Below, in pieces: positions 53,684 to 61,379 of a stretch of 64,000 nt of DNA. The notes under the pieces were generated by a model that searched no databases, was not told the origin of the DNA, and saw only the letters and a list, made by a program, of their open reading frames with translations. The position numbers were made by a program, and so were the translations under genes. Location of the stretch: the NCBI GenBank assembly GCA_016934515.1, contig JAFGSR010000077.1, positions 1,330 to 65,329 of the forward strand, read 5' to 3'. This stretch comes from Sedimentisphaerales bacterium. GTDB taxonomy: Bacteria > Planctomycetota > Phycisphaerae > Sedimentisphaerales > SM23-30. Within the stretch, counting starts at the first letter, position 1; each line of letters opens with the position of its first letter.

Positions 53684-56600
53684 AAAATCAACAAAAACAA
53701 ACGTTTCTTATTGGTATTATGTTAATTGCATCAGTATTGTTCTGCCTCACTCCCAGAATGTGCTGGTCAGATGAGGGGCTGGCCACCGAAGCGCAGGTTC
53801 AACAGGCGGTCCAGGAAATTCGCCAGGCCATTGCTGAAAAAGGCGCTAACTGGGTGGCCGGTGAGACGGAAATGATGTATATGCCGACGGAACAGTTGTG
53901 CGGGTCGGAGTTGCATCCGGAGGCAAGAATGGCTGTAACTTCTTCTTCAGATGATGGACCTCTGCCAACAGGATCGCCGGCAGCGTTGGATTGGCGGAAT
54001 TACGGCGGGCATGACTGGACCACTGGGATACGGAACCAGAATCCGTGCGGCAGTTGTTACATATTTGGCACTTGCGGTGCTTCAGAAGCGGCGATGAAGG
54101 TGCAGGCCGGCACCTACGGGTATCTGGCCCAGCCCGATTTTTCGGAACAGTTGATTCTTTCCTGTGCCGGCATCGGCGATTGTAGCGGTGGATATTCCGG
54201 CAACTCCCTGGATTATTTACGAGACAGCGGGTCAACCGACGAGGACTGTTTTCCTTATACCGCCCTGGATACTACCCCGTGCAGCGACCGCTGTGCCAAC
54301 TGGAGTGACCGGATTCAGAAGATCACTTCATGGGACCATCCCGGCGGCTATCCTAACTGGACACCGAGTGTGGCCCAGATTAAGACGGCCATCGAGACCT
54401 ACGGTCCTGTTTCCACCTACATGGAGGTTTACTGGGACTTCAATTCGTACCGAGGCGGTGTTTACGAATACACCTGGGGTACCCTCAGAGGCGGCCACAC
54501 GGTAACGCTGGTCGGCTGGATCGATTCCCAGAGTTGCTGGATCGCCAAGAACAGTTGGGGGCCCGACTGGGGCGAGACAATCGATTTCCAGCCAACCTCA
54601 GCAGGTGCGACCGACGGTGGTTGGTTTCGCATCAAATGGGGTGAAGTCGAGATTGAAAGGCAGACTGAATTCGTCCAGGCCGGCATGGCCAACCTGACCG
54701 ATAATCCCCATACAGGTTGGACCTATTCACTGGTACCACGTAACACGACAGGCACTACCTGGGCTTCCTGTCCGCTTCCCGCGACTCTCAATGGCAATCA
54801 GAACACCACCTACCTGAATTTTGCCGGCACCAACAATGGATCCCAGACGGCACCACCGTTTACCAGCCATTTTTTCATTGATGGAGTGTACGTTAGGTGG
54901 GCGAGCTGGGGTAAAATCCTAGCCGGGCAAAATTTTGTTGCTTATGATCTGGGGGCTCACACAGTCAAAGGCGGACGCCATACCATAGGAATTGAACTGG
55001 ACATCAACGATCAGGTCTGGGAGTCCAACGAAACCTATAGCGACAACGCTGAGTACCGGCAGTTTATCTGGAGCCCCTACTACTTGTCTGACAATACTCC
55101 CACAACTCGCGGTACGCCGCCCGATAAGGATGCCTGGGGCAATGCGCCGACCACCTGGTATAACAACGATGGATTCGAGTTTGCAGTGCTGCAGGAACAT
55201 CCCGATAAGTGGTGGTCCGCGGTGGGAATTCTGCCCAGCAGCAGTGGCGCCGACTATGACTTGAGGCTTTGGGATATTGGTGACTATACCGGCAGCGAAG
55301 AAGGCTTCGGCAGCGGTTATCTGAAGCAGTCTTCCTACGGCGGCTCTGCCAGCGATTTCGTCATTGTCAACGATAATATGGCAGCAGCAGGGACATATTA
55401 CGCCGGCGCGATCAACTATAACGCCGGCAGCGGTGATTTTCGTATTGAAGAGGACACCAGCGAAAAGATTTTCCCGCGACCGGGAACCGAATGGAACGGC
55501 CCCTACTCCAAGACTACGACAAATGTGCTCGATATCTACGAAGTTTACCTTTATGCCGGGGTGTATTATTTCTATCTCGACCAGACCAGCGGCACCTGTG
55601 ACCTGGCAATGAGCTTATACGACGATGAAACCACTCAGTGCCAAAAAAGCGAATACATGAGCGGCGGTTACGCCAATAGCTACGGTGACGGCGGCGACGA
55701 ATCCTTCCAGATCACCATACCCGACAGCGGTTTTCACTGTTTGGTCGTTTGGAAGTACGATTCGAGCGATTATGATAAGTCTGCAACCTACAAACTGGCG
55801 GTGGGGACACCAACCCTCGAAGTAGCAACGCCCAATGGCGGTGAAACCTGGTATATCGGTAGCACCTACTTGATTAGTTGGGATAGATTCTGCTCGGACA
55901 ATTATGTGAATATCGACCTGAGTCTGGACGCCGGGGCTACCTGGTCCAGGATTGCCAGTAATGTTTATAATGATGGCAGCCATTGGTGGAAAGTTGATTC
56001 CTGTCCTTCCACTCAATCTCGTATCCGGGTGACTTCTACCACAAACTCGGCTTTTACCGACACCAGCGATGCTAACTTCACTATAGCCATTCCTACGCCG
56101 AATTATCCCTATCCGCCGCAAAACTGGACACTTCGTTCGCCGCATACCAATCTGCAGTGGAACAGCTACTCCGGTAATTGCGTCGTTGTGCCCACTGAAA
56201 ACACCAACGTCGAGGGCAGCTCAGATAACGGCTATCCGTTCCATATTGGAAGCTGGAGTTTGAGCAGTATGCGTTATCAGCAGATATATGATGCGGTAGC
56301 CTTTACGGGCGAATACGGCACAATTTCCGAAATTCGGTTCCGGCCTGACGGTACCTCAGGTATAGCATTTTCCGATACTCCCATGCAGGTGGAAATCTAC
56401 CTGGGTTATTCGGCCAATCCGGTGGCTTCTCCTTCAGCTACCTTTGCCAACAATATTGGTTCCGAATACGTCAAGGTGTACGATGGTACTCTGACTTTAT
56501 CAAGCGATTGTACCGGCGGTCCACCTCGGGATTTCGATATTGTGGTCGATGTGGCGGATACCTTTACCTATGATCCACAACTCGGCCCCCTGCTGCTGGA

Positions 56601-58035
56601 TGTCAAGATGTATGATGGTCCCACTACTACCTTTTTTGACGCAGCCGGAGGTGGTGCGCAGAATTCTACAAATCGGATTTATGCTACTAATGTTAGTGCT
56701 GCCACAGGCTCCACCGGTAGCCCGCCATACGGCTTGGTTACCATGTTCTGCTTCGATGGAGGCATGCCGGCCAGTACCGCTGTAGCCGGTGGAGAAAATG
56801 TGACGTTAGTTCCACTTCGAACTACTGGCTCGATTGACACCATGGCATTTGATCCCGTACCCGGTGAATCTGCGAGAGTCAAATCATCTGTGAGCACCTT
56901 GAGCGATCCGGGGCAAATTGAAAGTGTCGCGATCGAATCCGGCCAGATGGATTTGACAACCAGCATGGAATTTCAGCCGGTCGAACATCAGGATATCGGC
57001 CCCATTGTGACACAAGCCAGCGGCTGCGGAAATATCCTCTGGGATCTTACTCACGGGATGTACTCCAGCACCTATAGCCCTTTTACTGGATACAGCACTT
57101 TAACATCTTTACTGCAAAGTAAAGGTTTTGCTGTTTATACCACTGATGTCGGCATAGAGAATGTTAATCTTAATGACTACGACATTCTTGTTGTCTGTCT
57201 CGGATCGGCATGGGATAGTGCCTATACCACATCTGAAGTTGCTGCCATCGAAACCTTTGTTGCCAATGGTGGTGGATTGCTCATAATGGGCGACAATGCA
57301 GGATGTCCCAACGCCAACATCAATCCTGTTGCCACCAGCTTTGGTGTTACTTGTGGAGTTTCCACTATCAGTGATCTTGACTTATACATTACAAACTTAG
57401 CTGATCATGCAATTTTCTCCGGCTGTTCCCAATTGTACTATCGGGCCGCGGGAGAGATTAGCGCTTCCACTCCGGCAGTACCTGCCGCGTGGGCACCAAC
57501 GGGCGAACAAACCGTTGCCTATTGCTCATCTACTTCAGGCGCAGTTGTGGTAACCGGAGAAATAAGCTTCTGCCACAATGATTACATTACCACCAGCGAC
57601 AATCAGCAGTTTATTGAGAACATCTTCCATTGGCTGTTGACAAATAAGAAAATTCGCTACGACGTGTACTTCGGCAAGACCTATCCGCCCACCACCAAGA
57701 TTGCTTCCGATCTGAAAGTACCGGTTTGTGATCCGACCCCGATTCCTTTAGATACGCTGGATTCATGCCAGTGGTACTATTGGCAGGTTGTTGCTGAGGT
57801 TTGCGGTCAACCCAAAGCCGGACCGTTCTGGGCCTTCAAAACTCGACACCTGGGTGACATAAATGCAAACGGCCCTGTAAATCTAAAAGACTACGCCGTA
57901 CTGGCCATGTATTGGCAGGATGATCTCTGTCATCTCTACAACTGGTGCGACGAGGCTGATGTAAATCACGATATGAACGTGGATTTGGTTGACCTATACC
58001 TGATCGTGCAGGATTGGCTGGAAACGTGTCCATAA
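53680..58035 (+). CDS. giant secreted papain-family (C1) cysteine peptidase with CARDB/PPC-like beta domains, an alpha/beta module and a C-terminal dockerin-like tail
   Basis: 1451-aa ORF with a catalytic triad context of NPCGSCYIFG (Cys), GGHTVTLVGW (His) and IAKNSWGPDWGE (Asn). PPC-like blocks are present (DYDLRLWD, CDLAMSLYDDE). The C-terminus carries a duplicated Ca-binding-like motif GDINANGPVNLKDY / DVNHDMNVDLVDLY. Confidence 0.8.
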   Translation: MKNQQKQTFLIGIMLIASVLFCLTPRMCWSDEGLATEAQVQQAVQEIRQAIAEKGANWVAGETEMMYMPTEQLCGSELHPEARMAVTSSSDDGPLPTGSPAALDWRNYGGHDWTTGIRNQNPCGSCYIFGTCGASEAAMKVQAGTYGYLAQPDFSEQLILSCAGIGDCSGGYSGNSLDYLRDSGSTDEDCFPYTALDTTPCSDRCANWSDRIQKITSWDHPGGYPNWTPSVAQIKTAIETYGPVSTYMEVYWDFNSYRGGVYEYTWGTLRGGHTVTLVGWIDSQSCWIAKNSWGPDWGETIDFQPTSAGATDGGWFRIKWGEVEIERQTEFVQAGMANLTDNPHTGWTYSLVPRNTTGTTWASCPLPATLNGNQNTTYLNFAGTNNGSQTAPPFTSHFFIDGVYVRWASWGKILAGQNFVAYDLGAHTVKGGRHTIGIELDINDQVWESNETYSDNAEYRQFIWSPYYLSDNTPTTRGTPPDKDAWGNAPTTWYNNDGFEFAVLQEHPDKWWSAVGILPSSSGADYDLRLWDIGDYTGSEEGFGSGYLKQSSYGGSASDFVIVNDNMAAAGTYYAGAINYNAGSGDFRIEEDTSEKIFPRPGTEWNGPYSKTTTNVLDIYEVYLYAGVYYFYLDQTSGTCDLAMSLYDDETTQCQKSEYMSGGYANSYGDGGDESFQITIPDSGFHCLVVWKYDSSDYDKSATYKLAVGTPTLEVATPNGGETWYIGSTYLISWDRFCSDNYVNIDLSLDAGATWSRIASNVYNDGSHWWKVDSCPSTQSRIRVTSTTNSAFTDTSDANFTIAIPTPNYPYPPQNWTLRSPHTNLQWNSYSGNCVVVPTENTNVEGSSDNGYPFHIGSWSLSSMRYQQIYDAVAFTGEYGTISEIRFRPDGTSGIAFSDTPMQVEIYLGYSANPVASPSATFANNIGSEYVKVYDGTLTLSSDCTGGPPRDFDIVVDVADTFTYDPQLGPLLLDVKMYDGPTTTFFDAAGGGAQNSTNRIYATNVSAATGSTGSPPYGLVTMFCFDGGMPASTAVAGGENVTLVPLRTTGSIDTMAFDPVPGESARVKSSVSTLSDPGQIESVAIESGQMDLTTSMEFQPVEHQDIGPIVTQASGCGNILWDLTHGMYSSTYSPFTGYSTLTSLLQSKGFAVYTTDVGIENVNLNDYDILVVCLGSAWDSAYTTSEVAAIETFVANGGGLLIMGDNAGCPNANINPVATSFGVTCGVSTISDLDLYITNLADHAIFSGCSQLYYRAAGEISASTPAVPAAWAPTGEQTVAYCSSTSGAVVVTGEISFCHNDYITTSDNQQFIENIFHWLLTNKKIRYDVYFGKTYPPTTKIASDLKVPVCDPTPIPLDTLDSCQWYYWQVVAEVCGQPKAGPFWAFKTRHLGDINANGPVNLKDYAVLAMYWQDDLCHLYNWCDEADVNHDMNVDLVDLYLIVQDWLETCP

Positions 58036-58084
58036 TCGAGATCACGCTTTCATCCAGGGTCAAGATAATTTATAATTAACCAAT

Positions 58085-58140
58085 AGGGCGGGCGGGTTTG
58101 ATCGCCGTGTGCGACCGGGCCGCCTGCCCTTTAGTGTTTT
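58085..58140 (+). terminator. possible intrinsic terminator after the C1 peptidase gene
   Basis: The stem agggcgggcgg (58085-58095) pairs with ccgcctgccct (58120-58130) with one mismatch. It has a long loop and is followed by ttagtgtttt. Confidence 0.35.
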
Positions 58141-58263
58141 ACAGGACTTGCCTTGAAAACAAAAATTCTTGACGGTTTTGAGTTTTATTGATAGGGTCAT
58201 TAAAATCGAAAAAGACTGAATTACTCTGCTGATACGATAAATTTCAGGCAAAGGACATCCATC

Positions 58264-60402
58264 ATGAATACTGCTTTAATGTTTGTTTTTTATGCTATTA
58301 TCTCGAATCCCACAATGCCGGTTAACAATGAACCCCAAAAAGCCTTGGATTTATATCATGCTGCCTTGGATGTAAATCACATTGGGACAAATATCCAGCT
58401 TGACAAACCGAACACCCTGAATAGTCGTACTCAGACGGGTAATTTGCAGCACCCACAGAATCTTAACCGGAACATTCCTGTACCGTTACCCGATCATGCC
58501 GGAAATATTTTTCTGGAAAACGAAACCGTAGTTATCCCCTTGCCGCCTGAATTATCAGAATCCGCAGTTTGCTGGCAGGTTAGGGACGATGCCAACAACC
58601 TCATCACAGCAGGCAACATAAATAAAGATAGAACCAGTTCATCAATCATCGAAATTGGTAAGCCAGGCATTGGTTGGTACAAAATTGAATTTCTGGACGG
58701 TAATCAAAAAAAGCTTAACTACATAACCGCTGCTGTAATTGCTAAGTTAGCCCAGCCGGTACCGCAGGATTCTCCGGTATGTCTTGATGCCGCTATTTCG
58801 TGGTCGGCGAAAAACGATCCGTTGCTCCAGGAACAGCAAGCGAATATTGCCGCTCTTGCCGGTGTAAACTGGATTCGTGACCGGATACGTTGGCGTGAAA
58901 TACAGCCTGATAAGGATACTTTTTCTGAAAATACTCAATATCATACTGCTGCCAATATTCAGAATAAATTCGGCTTGAAAATCCTGCAGGTTTTTCACAG
59001 CACACCGAAATGGGCAGTTGCAGATGATAAAGAACGAGGTAGATTCCCCCAAGACCTGCGAATCGTCTATGACTCATGCAGGCAGTTTGGCGATAAATTT
59101 CGGAATTGGGTCCAGGCTTGGGAGCCATGGAACGAAGCAAACGCCGCAAACTTCGGCGGCCATACCATGGCCGAGATGTGTTCATATCAAAAGGCTGCAT
59201 ACCTCGGGTTCAAAACGGGTAATCCAGATGTCAAAGTATGCTGGAATCCATACGGAGGCCTAAGTACAGAACATCATACCAACGGAATACTGGAAAACGA
59301 AACCTGGCCTTACTTCGATACTTATACTATACATTCCTATAATTGGCCGGAAAGCTATTTACGCCTTCACGCTCCGGCGCGCAAAGCTGCCTGCGGAAAA
59401 CCAATCTGGCTTACAGAAAGCGATCGCGGCATGAAGAGCATCGGCAATGAGCCATTTTATGATTTATCTTCCGAAAACAACCTGCTAAAAGCCCAGTTCA
59501 TGGCCCAGTCATATGCCACGAGCATATATTCAGGAGTAGAGCGACATTTTCACTTCATTCTTGGGCATTACATTGAAGGAACCGACAGGAAAAATAAAAT
59601 TCAGTTTGGATTATTAAGAAAAGATCTGACTCCGCGTCCCACTTACGTTGCCCTGGCAGCAATAGGTCGCTTCCTGGCTGGAGCAAAATCCCTGGGTAGA
59701 TACACCATACCCGATCAGCCCCACTGCCATGTTTATGCGTTTCAGGCGCAGCCCGACGGAAAAAATCACGACGTTCTCGTAGCCTGGGCAGAAATACCGG
59801 GTGATTGGCCTTCACGAGGAAAATACAGTACACCCTGGCCGTTGCCAAATTTACCAATTGAAAAAATATTCGATTATCTGGGACGCTCCTTAGGAAATAC
59901 CGCCCCTCCTAAGCTCACTTCTTCACCGCTCTTCATAATCCTTCCGGCCGGGGAGAGAGCAAAATTATCTCTTGACAAACTACCGCAATATGATTGTCCT
60001 ACCGGAAAAGCCTCTCCAATTGTGTTGCAGATTGCAATGCCACATTCAGTAAAAATTATCCAGGACCAGAAAACACCCTGGATAATTGAACCTCAATATA
60101 TAATCAAACCGGGCAAAGAAACTAAGTTTAAGTTTTTCGCCTATAACTTTAGCCAAAAACCAGCCGAAGGCGTAATTACTCTGGAAAAACTCCCGAAAGG
60201 CTGGAAAATTACACCAACTCACTGGGAGATGCATCTCGAACCTATGGCAAGAAAAAGCTTCACCGCAACACTGAACGCGCCTATTGAAAATGATAATTCA
60301 AATAACTCAAACTGGATAAAATTTCAGGGAGATTTTTCTAACACAACCAAAACTACCCTTGCCTTTTATACAATCACAAATACAGATGATGTTACACCTT
60401 AA
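58264..60402 (+). CDS. clan GH-A (GH5/GH39-like) TIM-barrel glycoside hydrolase, family unassigned
   Basis: 712-aa ORF with an acid/base-type block AWEPWNEAN and a nucleophile-type block PIWLTESD about 95 aa later. Confidence 0.55.
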   Translation: MNTALMFVFYAIISNPTMPVNNEPQKALDLYHAALDVNHIGTNIQLDKPNTLNSRTQTGNLQHPQNLNRNIPVPLPDHAGNIFLENETVVIPLPPELSESAVCWQVRDDANNLITAGNINKDRTSSSIIEIGKPGIGWYKIEFLDGNQKKLNYITAAVIAKLAQPVPQDSPVCLDAAISWSAKNDPLLQEQQANIAALAGVNWIRDRIRWREIQPDKDTFSENTQYHTAANIQNKFGLKILQVFHSTPKWAVADDKERGRFPQDLRIVYDSCRQFGDKFRNWVQAWEPWNEANAANFGGHTMAEMCSYQKAAYLGFKTGNPDVKVCWNPYGGLSTEHHTNGILENETWPYFDTYTIHSYNWPESYLRLHAPARKAACGKPIWLTESDRGMKSIGNEPFYDLSSENNLLKAQFMAQSYATSIYSGVERHFHFILGHYIEGTDRKNKIQFGLLRKDLTPRPTYVALAAIGRFLAGAKSLGRYTIPDQPHCHVYAFQAQPDGKNHDVLVAWAEIPGDWPSRGKYSTPWPLPNLPIEKIFDYLGRSLGNTAPPKLTSSPLFIILPAGERAKLSLDKLPQYDCPTGKASPIVLQIAMPHSVKIIQDQKTPWIIEPQYIIKPGKETKFKFFAYNFSQKPAEGVITLEKLPKGWKITPTHWEMHLEPMARKSFTATLNAPIENDNSNNSNWIKFQGDFSNTTKTTLAFYTITNTDDVTP

Positions 60403-60842
60403 AAGCCTGCAACAATATGGACGAGGGGAGCCTGTGACGATCAACTCTTAGCTAACATTCGGAGCGAGAGTTGCTTGTCTATAAAGTTTGCTCTTTACTG
60501 ATTTTACTCGCCGGCCTCCGCAGGTGTCGATGCTTTCGTGTTTTACTTTTTCATAGACTTATACACTTCTTTGCTTTTTTTCCAGATTTCACGCTGAGAA
60601 TCATTTTTAGGCAAGCCGTTATTGACTATTGAATTTCGTGCCCACAGGGCGGCATTCCACTATCGCGGAGTGGTAGGACCCTACATAATTGTCCGGAAGA
60701 ATCTGATTGAAAAGGCGAAAATCACTAAATTCAAAGCGATGAAGGATTTTTGTTGCGCGCTGGTTACCCACTCCACTCCTTTGTAGCCATAAATAAAATA
60801 GGCCACCAATCTTAAGTACTTGACAACCAATATCTTAACAAC

Positions 60843-60916
60843 CGCGCCCGGCAGGACTCGAACCTGCAACCTTCGGATTCGAAGTCCGCGACTCTATCCA
60901 ATTGAGCTACGGGCGC
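60843..60916 (-). tRNA. tRNA-Arg (anticodon TCG); CCA not encoded
   Basis: The minus-strand read is GCGCCCG TA GCTC AATTGGATA GAGT C GCGGA CTTCGAA TCCGA AGGTT GCAGG TTCGAGT CCTGC CGGGCGC G. It folds with a 7-bp acceptor, 4-bp D stem, 5-bp T stem and TTCGAGT T-loop. The anticodon stem has one G-A mismatch at 27:43. Confidence 0.85.
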
Positions 60917-61053
60917 ATGTGCTTATTTTATAAGCAGTTATAAAATTATGTAAAAACCGGTTATGATGCAAAATACAACCTTGACTACAACTATAATCTG
61001 ATGGATAGTTATTATAGTGAAGATTAATTGAATTCAAGTTGTAATTAGGGCTT

Positions 61054-61317
61054 TTGCTCATGGTAAAATCAAGCTCCAAACGAAAAACACGCTCTGATAA
61101 ATTCCCACTTACCCTACATCCAACAGGCCAATTTTGCAAGAAAATTAAGGGTAAACTCTATTACTTTGGAGTAGATAAGAAAAAAGCCCTCCAGAGATAT
61201 TTGGAACAAGCATATTTTTTGCATTCCGGTAATTCCAGAAAGTCTGTTACCACTGGAGATGATATAAGTGGCGGATTCAACTCCCAAGTGCAATTGAGTC
61301 AAATTCTGTTTTGTTAG
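61054..61317 (+). pseudogene. N-terminal remnant of a tyrosine-recombinase (phage-type integrase) gene
   Basis: The sequence KRKTRSDKFPLTLHPTGQFCKKIKGKLYYFGVDKKKALQRYLEQ resembles the conserved N-terminal opening of integrases common in PVC genomes. The reading frame ends after 87 codons with no catalytic domain. It lies 140 nt from tRNA-Arg. Confidence 0.4.
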
Positions 61318-61379
61318 CTGTGTTCCGCTTTTCTTTGTTAAGGAAGTTGATGCCGGGAATTGCTGCGGGGTTATCATGT

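Noticed and set aside
60681-60869. A 62-aa ORF overlapping the tRNA-Arg gene.
   Set aside because: It overlaps the tRNA on the same strand and has no coding signal.
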